Below are positions 48,275-57,031 of a stretch of 64,000 nucleotides of DNA, piece after piece. The notes beneath the pieces are model-generated. The model did no database searches, had not been told where the DNA came from, and saw nothing but the letters and a program-made list of their open reading frames with translations. The translations under genes were made by a program, and so were the position numbers. The first letter of the stretch is position 1. The number at the start of each line of letters is the position of its first letter. The stretch is from a virus: the IMG/VR virus record IMGVR_UViG_3300028829_004116, positions 1 through 64,000 of that record, one strand, 5' to 3'.

Positions 48275-49183
48275 TCAAAGGTTGTTTTCTTTGATTGGCA
48301 CTAAGCCATTCCAAGTAACCTTACCTTTGTTGTTTTCAAACAACATGAAGGATTGTCCCTCATTGTCTGCGTTGGTCTTTGACTTGAGAACCTTAGCGTG
48401 TAATTTTGTCGTGTTGTTTCTTTCTTCACGATATGTGTGGATATGTTGAAACAACTTTGCAGTAGTAGACTTTTCCCAATCGGGCTTTTGTCCAACAACT
48501 TCAAATCCATCATGCACTTCTTTCATATGTGTGATGAAAAACTTATGACATTGGAGTTGACAAGCGGCCTTAAACAATCGCTTGTATTCTTCTGTTCGTG
48601 CATACCATTGTGTCGGAACCATTTTGACTTTATCAGCCGCTCTTGGGTCCTTACCTTTAATGTGGTTTAGTCTGGCAATCATATTTGTAGTATCAAGCCA
48701 AGTATCAAGACCATCAAAAACGATAGCCTTTACACCTTCAACTTCAATTGTTTCTTCACCGTATTCAATTTTCTTTGTTTCAATTGCTTCCTTAACCATT
48801 CCCATAAAGAAACGGGCCATATCAGCAGTAGCCAAGTAATCCACTGTCATGTCTTCTTTGTAGACATGAGGATTATAGATAAACACTTTATCATCACTCG
48901 ACCAATGTTGCCTCCATGTAGGTTCTGCACCTTCATCAAAGTCAAGAATAAAAACCCAATGGGTTTCTTTTTCTTCATCAGTTCTGCAATCAATTGCTAA
49001 TCCGGTTTTTCCAGTACCGGGGTCTCCGCTAATTCCACACAACATATATGCTGATTCATTTTCCATCAAACGCTTTCGCTGATTAAAAGCCTTAGCCTTT
49101 GCACTTGCGAAAGCACTTTTCACATCTTCTTCTTTTGCACTCTTTACGAGATTACTCGCCTTTCCTTTTCCTTTCAAACTCAT
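48275..49183 (-). CDS. AAA_24/Sak4-like P-loop ATPase (recombinase-like)
   Basis: GDPGTGKT, ILDFDEG, IVFDGLD, FITH. Confidence 0.75.
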   Translation of the reverse strand: MSLKGKGKASNLVKSAKEEDVKSAFASAKAKAFNQRKRLMENESAYMLCGISGDPGTGKTGLAIDCRTDEEKETHWVFILDFDEGAEPTWRQHWSSDDKVFIYNPHVYKEDMTVDYLATADMARFFMGMVKEAIETKKIEYGEETIEVEGVKAIVFDGLDTWLDTTNMIARLNHIKGKDPRAADKVKMVPTQWYARTEEYKRLFKAACQLQCHKFFITHMKEVHDGFEVVGQKPDWEKSTTAKLFQHIHTYREERNNTTKLHAKVLKSKTNADNEGQSFMLFENNKGKVTWNGLVPIKENNL

Positions 49184-49371
49184 TATTCTTCCTCCTTAAA
49201 TTGTTCACTTAATATTTTTAGTTGTTTTTCATGCACTAAGCGTGTGAACATTTTACCGCTTTTCATGTGAAAACGAACACTGTATCTGTCGTATTCGTTA
49301 TCATCTTCTTTCCATTCTATTGTTTCTACCTCTTCGAGGTCTAGTAGTATTTCATTCATTTTAATTATCAT
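49183..49371 (-). CDS. small hypothetical beta-rich protein
   Basis: AGGTGA SD. Confidence 0.6.
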   Translation of the reverse strand: MIIKMNEILLDLEEVETIEWKEDDNEYDRYSVRFHMKSGKMFTRLVHEKQLKILSEQFKEEE

Positions 49372-49387
49372 CTTTTCACCTTTTTAA

Positions 49388-49442
49388 ATATAGGCTTCGC
49401 ACCTATCCGAATGTCATTCAGCCGCCAACATTTACACGGAAG
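49388..49442 (-). ncRNA. candidate structured intergenic RNA element
   Basis: Minus strand: bulged stem UCCG..AAUGUU/GACAUU-CGGA followed by the hairpin AUAGG-UGCGAAG-CCUAU. Confidence 0.3.
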
Positions 49443-49447
49443 TTAAA

Positions 49448-49603
49448 TCAAAGCATATCTTCAATCTTGTCCGAGAGCAACAATAAGGTTGAAGCCCACA
49501 GACCAACAAAAATACCCAAGTTTTCATCGTAAGCGGCATAAACACCGATACTAAGCAAAATCGAGGCAACGCTTGTAATCAAACCAATTTTCTTGTAATT
49601 CAT
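49448..49603 (-). CDS. small two-TM membrane protein (51 aa; not in ORF track)
   Basis: GGTGA SD; MNYKKIGLITSVASILLSIGVYAAYDENLGIFVGLWASTLLLLSDKIEDML*. Confidence 0.65.
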   Translation of the reverse strand: MNYKKIGLITSVASILLSIGVYAAYDENLGIFVGLWASTLLLLSDKIEDML

Positions 49604-49608
49604 TTAAA

Positions 49609-50847
49609 TCACCAAAACTCCATTGATTCGCCTTCTGCTTCTTCTTCAACGACTACACCGGTTGCACTTCGAGCATAAACACCATACAAGTTAATTGTCA
49701 CAGGGTTATATTCACCGTCAATAGGCATTCCGTCTTCATCCTTCTTTTGGGTTTGATTTGTTCGCCCAACAATAATAACATCGGAACCAACTCCGAAGTT
49801 AATATCAATATGAGAAGGAACCCAAATAGGTGTTGATTCAGGAATATCGTCTTCATCGAAACCGTAATTAGCATCGACAGGTTCAACCCAAATAACTCGG
49901 TTTCCACTTCGCTCATTAGGAGTAAGATTCATACTCGTAACAATTCCATCAGTAACTACAAGGCGCAAACCTTGTTGTTGAGAAATTAGGTCATGGTAAG
50001 AATCCAACTCAATCATATCTGCAAGGTATTCTGCTGTATGCTCAACGAGAATGTCTTCCATAGATTCACCGGAAACATCAATCCATCGAGGGTCTTCTTC
50101 ATCAAGAACATCGAGATAATTCATACTCGATAGAGTCTTGTTGCGAATACCGTAAATTGCATTTCTTTCTTCATTAAACAAACCATAAATGGTAGTCCAA
50201 CGGAATGTTTCAACATTGAAATTCTTTGCTTGGTCGTTCTTCAATTGAAGGGACCAAAGTTGCATATCGCCATCTTCTTTCATTCCAATGAAATGCGCTC
50301 GAAGTTTAAACTCTTCTTTAGGCAAAGGCTTTCCGTAATTCTTATTTGTATCGCCAGATGCCCAAGACTTAACAGGGTCAACAGGAACAATCCAATGGTC
50401 TTCACCAACTTCCATAGCCGAAGCCGGAAGTTGAGGAATAACTCTTGTGTCCCATTCACCATTCTTAACTTGAGTCTTTTCGTAAGACCCACCTTCTGTA
50501 AGTGTCACTTCTGCAATCAATTCATCTTTCAATGCTTGTGAAGAATCACTGTTAAACTTACTCAACACATTCTTTCGCTTCCATTCCATTACATCACGGG
50601 CCGGTTCAATACCGATAAAGAAACCTGTTCCCGCATTACCGAAACCTGTTGAGGCTGTTCGATTAGATGCAAGACGGCCACGAACATAATTACGAGTCAA
50701 AGTCAAAGCAACAAGTTGTTGTCGCTCATCTTCCAAGTCGAGATTATTGCTACTGCCAATCTCCGTGTATTTTTCATTCATTTCTCCGACTTCAATACTT
50801 AGTCGGGTCGCCAAACTGTTCAGTTCTTTTTCTACTCTTTCAATCAT
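49609..50847 (-). CDS. OB-fold ssDNA-binding protein (RPA-like)
   Basis: DGIVTSM...VGSDVIIVGRT OB pattern; acidic C-terminus EEEAEGESMEFW; replication context. Confidence 0.6.
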   Translation of the reverse strand: MIERVEKELNSLATRLSIEVGEMNEKYTEIGSSNNLDLEDERQQLVALTLTRNYVRGRLASNRTASTGFGNAGTGFFIGIEPARDVMEWKRKNVLSKFNSDSSQALKDELIAEVTLTEGGSYEKTQVKNGEWDTRVIPQLPASAMEVGEDHWIVPVDPVKSWASGDTNKNYGKPLPKEEFKLRAHFIGMKEDGDMQLWSLQLKNDQAKNFNVETFRWTTIYGLFNEERNAIYGIRNKTLSSMNYLDVLDEEDPRWIDVSGESMEDILVEHTAEYLADMIELDSYHDLISQQQGLRLVVTDGIVTSMNLTPNERSGNRVIWVEPVDANYGFDEDDIPESTPIWVPSHIDINFGVGSDVIIVGRTNQTQKKDEDGMPIDGEYNPVTINLYGVYARSATGVVVEEEAEGESMEFW

Positions 50848-50876
50848 ATTTTTCACTTTCCTTTTTTTTATTTTTT

Positions 50877-51782
50877 TTATTTCATAAACTGTGCTGTGAA
50901 CCAAGCCACAAGCACCTTTGGAGTCACACTTCTGCTTCTCCACTCCATTTCTCCTACTGCACCTACTACCTTAAACTTCTCGGTAGCAGATAATTCCATA
51001 TCCAAAACACATTGTAAGAGTTTCCCACATATATCTTTTACAGTATGACCTGCAAAAACAAGCCTATGTAAAAAGTCTAATGCTTCGGGGTTCTTATCAA
51101 GAAGTTGCTTCAAACAATTCTTGTAAGGTCCCATGTGTTCATTAAGTAGATTATCCGGTGTTTTTCCGGAATAAATACACGCCTGTAATTCATTGATTGC
51201 TCGGCGCATATCCCCCCCACAAATATCTACAATTTTGCGAGCGTTTTCTTCAGTAAAATCTGCATTATTCTCGGTAATAATTTCCATTAAACGATTTACC
51301 TGAACATCTTCAGGGATTGGTGTAAAGAAATAGTTCGCACAACGAGAACGAATTGCGTCATCAACAGCATATGGGTCGTTGCAAGCAATAATAAAACGAA
51401 CATTGGTCGCCCGTTCCATTACTCTTTTCAAGGCCCGTTGCGAATCACGAGTCATTCCTTCTAATTCATCAAGAAAACAAATTTTAAACTTGTTCCCAGT
51501 TACTGAACGAGTGTTGACAAAGTTGGTAATAGTCTGTCGAACTGTTTCTAATTTACGGTCTTGACTCGCATTAATTTCTAAGAAGTCTGTGTCTTTATCA
51601 TCACCAAGAAAGTGATTAGCCAATACATGGGCCGCAGTTGTTTTACCAATCCCCGGAACTCCATACATAAGAACCGGAGGTAAATTACCTTTACTTATCC
51701 ATGTTTCTGCATCGGCAACAAACTTATGTTGTCCAATCAAATCTCCTATTACATTCGGTCTATATTTTTCTGTCCAATTCAT
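50877..51782 (-). CDS. rfcS: replication factor C small subunit (clamp loader)
   Basis: WTEKYRP, GVPGIGKT, EINAS, FLDELE, ALKRVME, SRC, GDMRRAINELQ. Confidence 0.95.
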   Translation of the reverse strand: MNWTEKYRPNVIGDLIGQHKFVADAETWISKGNLPPVLMYGVPGIGKTTAAHVLANHFLGDDKDTDFLEINASQDRKLETVRQTITNFVNTRSVTGNKFKICFLDELEGMTRDSQRALKRVMERATNVRFIIACNDPYAVDDAIRSRCANYFFTPIPEDVQVNRLMEIITENNADFTEENARKIVDICGGDMRRAINELQACIYSGKTPDNLLNEHMGPYKNCLKQLLDKNPEALDFLHRLVFAGHTVKDICGKLLQCVLDMELSATEKFKVVGAVGEMEWRSRSVTPKVLVAWFTAQFMK

Positions 51783-51969
51783 TCAAATCTCTCCTTACTA
51801 TATTTATCGCATTTGATGGGTCAGTTGCCATCACTTCGACTATTTTTTCTTCTCCATTTATTTTAAATTTTACAACATGTAATACTGTTTCCATCATATC
51901 CGTTTCTGGAGTATTTGGATATTTGGTATATGAAATAAAGTTTGTAAAGTAGTATGGTTCACCCTCCAT
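51760..51969 (-). CDS. hypothetical protein
   Basis: GGTGAG SD; tightly packed. Confidence 0.55.
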   Translation of the reverse strand: MEGEPYYFTNFISYTKYPNTPETDMMETVLHVVKFKINGEEKIVEVMATDPSNAINIVRRDLNELDRKI

Positions 51970-51971
51970 TA

Positions 51972-53513
51972 CTACTCACCTATCAAACAATTTGCTGTTA
52001 AGACATAACCTGCCACACTAACAGCCGAGCGTAGTGAAGACTTTACAACTCGAACAGGGTCAAAAATTTCACCATTTTCTATGAAAGTGTTGGTAATACC
52101 GTCGTAAAAGTGTCCCTTCATAATGTCTTTATTAAATGATGAATCCATTCTTTTTCCATTAATATTATAATATATCTTTTTCAAAGGAGACTTTAATGCT
52201 TCATAGAAAACTTTTTGAACACCTAAAGATTGTATATTATTATTACTAATCGAAGGGGTCAAGTTATAAAGTTCAACACCTGCACCTCGGATAACTCCTT
52301 CTGCAATAGCCGCCCTTGTAGCATTCAAGGCATCGTCTACCCTTTCTAATTTATTTTGAATCTCTTGTTCGGACATTCCACTAATACCAATAACTGCGGC
52401 ACTACCTTGAAGTTTTCCATAACGAACTGAGTGTTTCTTTTGGTAAAACTCATTCTCGGCCATAGATTCTTCAACTGCAATTTCATCAAGGCGTTCTAAA
52501 AGTAAATCATCATTACCCATGAATCCCAAGAATGCGGCCTTCTTGGATGAAATAATTGCCTTATTACATTGTCCGTAGTATGAGGCGTTAATATCAAGTA
52601 GCGACATATCTAATTCTTTGTTAATCATTTTACCACCCGTAAAGATAGCCAAGTCGTTTAACTTCTCAGTCTGCCAAAATGAAATATCTTCTGCTTGCAC
52701 AATACAAGCGTTGATATTTCCGTTCACTTGATTCATTACAAATGTATTTAGTGCAACTGCCCCAATAGAAGTGCATAGAACAATCAAAGGTCGGTTCTTT
52801 TTCTTAGCGAATTCAAGTGCAGGAATAAGTTGAGCAAAGTCATTAATATCTGCATTTGAAATTAGTATCCACGGTTTTTCAAATGTATTGCTTTCACCAA
52901 ATATTTTTGTCAAAACAGGGTTAATATATCCCTTGTCGCATTCAAAGCCCTCGATAAAAGAAACAGTGTCCTCACCCGTAGGTGAAGGTTCAACTGAGAT
53001 AACTCCATCGTATCCTATTTTTTCTACGGCTGAGTAAATTAGTTCAGCCATATTTTCATCATTGTTTGCACTGATTTTTGCTACATGGTAAATATCTCTA
53101 CCCTCAATCTTCGAGGATAAATTATCCAATTCTTTACATGTTATTTCACACAGTCTTTCGAGTTCACTACGAATAGCAACACCTGTATATTGACTTAGTA
53201 GATTTTTACCATTTTCAATTAGAGATTGAGCCATGATTGTCGAACTCGTAGTTCCATCACCAGCATTTTCTTGCGCTCTTGATGCAACTTCGATGACAAG
53301 TTTAGCACCTGCATTAGCCATTTTATCTTCAAGAACAATATTTTTTGCAACAGTCACACCATCATTAACAACCAAAGGAGGCAAGCCATCTCTTCTATCA
53401 ATAATAACACTACGAGTTGCAGGGCCTAAAGTCACACCAACTGCATTAGCAACTGCGTTAACCCCTTCGATTAATTTTTCTCTCGCTTCATTTCCATACA
53501 AAATAGACTTCAT
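51972..53513 (-). CDS. groEL: group I chaperonin (GroEL-like)
   Basis: VTLGP, NDGVTVAK, AGDGTTS, ERVDDALNATRAA, DPVRVV. Confidence 0.92.
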   Translation of the reverse strand: MKSILYGNEAREKLIEGVNAVANAVGVTLGPATRSVIIDRRDGLPPLVVNDGVTVAKNIVLEDKMANAGAKLVIEVASRAQENAGDGTTSSTIMAQSLIENGKNLLSQYTGVAIRSELERLCEITCKELDNLSSKIEGRDIYHVAKISANNDENMAELIYSAVEKIGYDGVISVEPSPTGEDTVSFIEGFECDKGYINPVLTKIFGESNTFEKPWILISNADINDFAQLIPALEFAKKKNRPLIVLCTSIGAVALNTFVMNQVNGNINACIVQAEDISFWQTEKLNDLAIFTGGKMINKELDMSLLDINASYYGQCNKAIISSKKAAFLGFMGNDDLLLERLDEIAVEESMAENEFYQKKHSVRYGKLQGSAAVIGISGMSEQEIQNKLERVDDALNATRAAIAEGVIRGAGVELYNLTPSISNNNIQSLGVQKVFYEALKSPLKKIYYNINGKRMDSSFNKDIMKGHFYDGITNTFIENGEIFDPVRVVKSSLRSAVSVAGYVLTANCLIGE

Positions 53514-53734
53514 CCTTTCACCGCCACTACATCTTCTAATTTAATAGCAACATATTCTATTCCTTCATCGTGAAATGTATATCCATTTTTGTAATAGACA
53601 TACCTTCCAACCATATCACCAACAGGAGAATCATATACAATTCCTCCATTTTGGTTCGCATTCAATATAATACCACTGTCAGTGGTAGTTCTTCTTTCAT
53701 TTTTTATTAACACATAGTCATTCATTTGTTTCAT
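53510..53734 (-). CDS. groES: co-chaperonin (GroES-like)
   Basis: MNDYVLI, TTDSGIIL mobile loop, EDVVA; adjacent to groEL. Confidence 0.8.
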   Translation of the reverse strand: MKQMNDYVLIKNERRTTTDSGIILNANQNGGIVYDSPVGDMVGRYVYYKNGYTFHDEGIEYVAIKLEDVVAVKG

Positions 53735-53739
53735 TTTTT

Positions 53740-53880
53740 TCACCTCATTAGTCCCCACGCAATTACTACGAGGGTGATTACATTAACAATAGAAACGCTT
53801 ATTGCGATTTTATTGGTAATGTGTAATTCGCTTGCCATTTTCTTAGTCAGTTCAATTAGAGTCTTCATGTCTTCTTTCAT
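53740..53880 (-). CDS. small single-TM protein (46 aa; not in ORF track)
   Basis: GGTGA SD; ...NKIAISVSIVNVITLVVIAWGLMR*. Confidence 0.5.
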   Translation of the reverse strand: MKEDMKTLIELTKKMASELHITNKIAISVSIVNVITLVVIAWGLMR

Positions 53881-54003
53881 ACTCTTTCACCGCCTCGTCT
53901 AATGTCATCTCGTTTTCATAACACTCACGCATGAACTTATAGGGTAGCCTATTAAGCATTTCCCCAGCCCATTTTGTAAATGCTTCTCCATTTCCTTTTC
54001 TCA

Positions 54004-54843
54004 TTAAAATTCCTCTAATCCTTTCATTTTTCTTGTTGTTATTCTCTTTCTTCTTTCCTTACTAATACCCAAAACTTTACATTCTTCGGGTAATAATTTC
54101 TTAGCGGCCCACTTAGCATACTCAACATCTTTTACAAGGTTGCGAACTAAGTAGCCATCTGTTTCCTTTAGTCCTAATTTAAGACATATAGCCGGAAACA
54201 GACTCGAAGACTTTCTCTTAGGTGGAGTCATTGTGACATAACCACCCTCCCAAGAATAAGCCAATAGCGCATAGAAATAGTCCTTCGGCCATCTATGTAG
54301 CGTTGATGCTACAAATGCTAATTTATTGTTATTAGGCATTGAGGCTGAAGCCCATGAAAGTATCTGCATAGGTGGGGGTTCATGCAAACGCACACCTTTG
54401 TAAAAGTCATCACGGTCTTTCATTTTAATGTAGTTGCCCGTAAGCGACCACATATTTGCCTCAAAGGTTTTAACCTCATCACAGTTTTTAGCATATAGTG
54501 TTTTAATCACCATTTGATTTCTGTTGGTTCTGCCGCACAGTTTAACTTGACACGCATTGATAATTGCTTTAGGAACATCTTTCTTATTAATAGATGTAAG
54601 CACTACCTTTCTACCGGAATAGATTAAATCCATAATCTTTTCCTTGTCGGCTTTGTAATGCACATCTTCAATAATAATGCTCACATCAATAGGCCAAGAA
54701 TATACATCGTCGATTGGTATATCATTGGCTTGATAACGCACATATTCTTTTGTTTCTAATGCGGCTGTCGCACTGTAAGTTTTACCTGTACCGGCTTTAC
54801 CTACAAAAATTTTAGGTTTCTTCTTCTCTTCTGTTATCTTCAT
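54004..54843 (-). CDS. divergent RFC large subunit-like AAA+ protein
   Basis: GKAGTGKT, IIIEDVH; close to rfcS. Confidence 0.55.
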   Translation of the reverse strand: MKITEEKKKPKIFVGKAGTGKTYSATAALETKEYVRYQANDIPIDDVYSWPIDVSIIIEDVHYKADKEKIMDLIYSGRKVVLTSINKKDVPKAIINACQVKLCGRTNRNQMVIKTLYAKNCDEVKTFEANMWSLTGNYIKMKDRDDFYKGVRLHEPPPMQILSWASASMPNNNKLAFVASTLHRWPKDYFYALLAYSWEGGYVTMTPPKRKSSSLFPAICLKLGLKETDGYLVRNLVKDVEYAKWAAKKLLPEECKVLGISKERRKRITTRKMKGLEEF

Positions 54844-55222
54844 TTAAAATCATCTCGAACTCATATCTACTATCGTTGTTCATATGTTCACCGTTGCGAA
54901 CCATTTCCATTAACCGGATAAATTTACCCCACACTTTGCTCTTTGACGGAACATTTCGGGGAAAAATATCACATATTCGTAAAACATCAAGTCTTCTACG
55001 AATAACTATTGTATCTACTCTACGACCACGCTCTCTTTTTAACTGACAATTAACTTGTAGTCTTTCAAGTGCTTGGGTCATTGGTATTAACATCTGTTCG
55101 GGTAATCGCAACTTAATGTCATACCTCGGTTCCCAACCTCGCTTACTAATAATTCCTACCACTTTGAACTGTGGTATTCCTGCGAGTAAAAGTATTCCTT
55201 GAATCTGTCCTTCTGTATAAAT
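54812..55222 (-). CDS. LAGLIDADG-fold protein (possible ATT start)
   Basis: Extension to ATT 55222 adds YTEGQIQGILLLAG, a degenerate LAGLIDADG helix; C-terminal VRNGEHMN. Confidence 0.5.
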   Translation of the reverse strand: MYTEGQIQGILLLAGIPQFKVVGIISKRGWEPRYDIKLRLPEQMLIPMTQALERLQVNCQLKRERGRRVDTIVIRRRLDVLRICDIFPRNVPSKSKVWGKFIRLMEMVRNGEHMNNDSRYEFEMILNEDNRREEET

Positions 55223-55447
55223 TTAAAGCCCACCGAAGGTATCATACAATGTGATTTCCCATGTGTGAAACTCTTTGTGTCCTTTAATAAACATTCCGGC
55301 TTTGTCTTTTGGTCCTATGAATTTTTCTCCACAGACAAAACAATGAACGGCAACTATTTCACTACCACGCTTTACTCCGTCGTGGCTGATAATGTCTACA
55401 ATGTTGCCTTCTTCGATAGGTTGTTGGTCTAATTCTTCATCCCACAT
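55223..55447 (-). CDS. C2H2-type Zn-finger protein
   Basis: CFVC...HKEFH. Confidence 0.55.
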   Translation of the reverse strand: MWDEELDQQPIEEGNIVDIISHDGVKRGSEIVAVHCFVCGEKFIGPKDKAGMFIKGHKEFHTWEITLYDTFGGL

Positions 55448-55760
55448 ACTCTCTCATATAATCCCTGAGAGTTTTATTCTTATTATACTTTGCATCAGGA
55501 GAGGAGACAATTTTCGTTTTCACGATTTTAGTTTCCGTTTTATTATCCATCATATTTTTTAATCTTTTATACAAAACTTTTGCTGCTCTATCGTATCTTT
55601 TTTTATCTGCATCTTTCCATGAAGGATAGTTACTAAATGGGGACTTCTTATAAAGTCCCATTTCTTCTTCTAATACCTCCCACAAAATGCTTTCTAAAAG
55701 TCTACTAACTCCTTCTTCTACATTTTTAGGTGCATCTTCGTCGCCATACATAAATATCAA
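55437..55760 (-). CDS. hypothetical protein
   Basis: Packed ORF in the minus-strand operon. Confidence 0.55.
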   Translation of the reverse strand: MIFMYGDEDAPKNVEEGVSRLLESILWEVLEEEMGLYKKSPFSNYPSWKDADKKRYDRAAKVLYKRLKNMMDNKTETKIVKTKIVSSPDAKYNKNKTLRDYMREYVG

Positions 55761-55954
55761 CTCAATGGTGAAGAAGTAACTTCTTCTAATGTCCAGCGTA
55801 GGGTTTTCAAAACTCCACGCAACGCTGTGTAGTTACGCAGACATTCTGCATTTTCTTTTGTGTCCATTGTTCGTGAATGAAAACGGTCACGCCAATATTT
55901 TGCTTCACCTTCTGCTTGTAACAACATTGCCCTAATTTCTTCTTCGCTTTTCAT
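55757..55954 (-). CDS. hypothetical helical protein
   Basis: AAGGAG SD. Confidence 0.6.
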   Translation of the reverse strand: MKSEEEIRAMLLQAEGEAKYWRDRFHSRTMDTKENAECLRNYTALRGVLKTLRWTLEEVTSSPLS

Positions 55955-55956
55955 AT

Positions 55957-56205
55957 TTATTTCTCCTTATAATTCGGATGATTTTTTGGCAATCTATGTA
56001 GTCTGCGGTCACACATATTTTGCATATATTGTGCCACACTTGCTACTGATTGTCCAAACCTTTTTTCCGCTACATCATCATTAGCGGGAACCATGTCATA
56101 CTTTACACGCTCAATTGCTTCAGCAATTACTGAAGAATCGAGAAGTGCTTGTAAGATTTCATATTCACCGTGGGTCACTGTCTTGATTCTCGACAACATT
56201 TTCAC
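55957..56205 (-). CDS. hypothetical protein
   Basis: Packed ORF; start uncertain. Confidence 0.55.
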   Translation of the reverse strand: MKMLSRIKTVTHGEYEILQALLDSSVIAEAIERVKYDMVPANDDVAEKRFGQSVASVAQYMQNMCDRRLHRLPKNHPNYKEK

Positions 56206-56324
56206 CCCATAGTGCGTGTGTAAATCCTAAAGTATAGTTGCGAATCAATGTAAGTTTTGCAACCAAAGCCTTTTGACTTGATTTGTTTGCCATGTCGATT
56301 GCTTCATCAATTTGTTTAATTAAA

Positions 56325-56627
56325 TTATTCAGCATTCCAATCACCGAACTCTTCTTCAGTCATTTCTGTTTCTCTTGAAATTACTTCACCTGTATAGGCT
56401 TCTTCATCTATTTCATCCACACGATTATCCAACATTGTAAGGTATGCCAATCGAACATCTGTTGCTCGTAAGCGTGAATTATTACCACGCTTTTGTGCTT
56501 CATAGTTCGACAAGTTAACCAATGCTTCAATCAGTTGTTTCGCTCTTTCTTGAAATTCAATTGCCGCATCTTGTGTAACGCCACGCTTTCCTTTCCACAT
56601 TCTCATTATTTCTCTAATACTAACCAT
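56325..56627 (-). CDS. histone-fold protein with acidic C-terminal tail
   Basis: IREIMR...RGVTQDAAIEFQERAKQLIEALVNLSNYEAQKRGNNSRLRATDVRLA aligns by eye with the archaeal HMf pattern RVSDDA...A..AGRKTIKAEDIELA. Confidence 0.7.
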   Translation of the reverse strand: MVSIREIMRMWKGKRGVTQDAAIEFQERAKQLIEALVNLSNYEAQKRGNNSRLRATDVRLAYLTMLDNRVDEIDEEAYTGEVISRETEMTEEEFGDWNAE

Positions 56628-57031
56628 TTTTTCAGTCCTCCTTCTTTATAAAAGTGTTTTGTTTCAGCAGTTTGGATATTAATACATATCCACATTGAAC
56701 CTATTAGACTACTGACCTCTAATACTTCCCAATTCTTTTTGAGAATGCCCAATGTTTTCATAATCATTCCGGAACCATAAATTGTATTATATTCCTTAGA
56801 AAGGATGGGCAAGTTATCATGCACATACTGTATAATATGCGGTTGTTGAATACTTGCCCAAACCTCTCCACTTATTTCAAAAAATCCTGTTCCATTACAT
56901 ACGATACATTTATTTCCCTCGCATACGGGACACTCAATTTCTCTATCACCAAATGTAGGAAACCTTACAACTCGAAGGCTTCTCGGTCTACTATCTTCGT
57001 CATTCTTTCCCCTTCTGTTGTTTTCTCCCAT
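56606..57031 (-). CDS. DnaJ-type Zn-finger (CxxCxG) protein
   Basis: CPVCEGNKCIVCNGTG. Confidence 0.65.
   Translation of the reverse strand: MGENNRRGKNDEDSRPRSLRVVRFPTFGDREIECPVCEGNKCIVCNGTGFFEISGEVWASIQQPHIIQYVHDNLPILSKEYNTIYGSGMIMKTLGILKKNWEVLEVSSLIGSMWICINIQTAETKHFYKEGGLKKWLVLEK

Noticed and set aside
49385-49445. Twister or hammerhead ribozyme (GGUGCGAAGCC loop, CUGAAUGA)
   Set aside because: The pseudoknot partner and the CUGANGA/GAAA core are not properly present; kept only as an unclassified structure.
55223-55447. 74-aa protein ending ...FGGL as the missing ubiquitin-like modifier
   Set aside because: It has a C2H2 Zn-finger pattern, and the GG codons coincide with the SD of the next gene.
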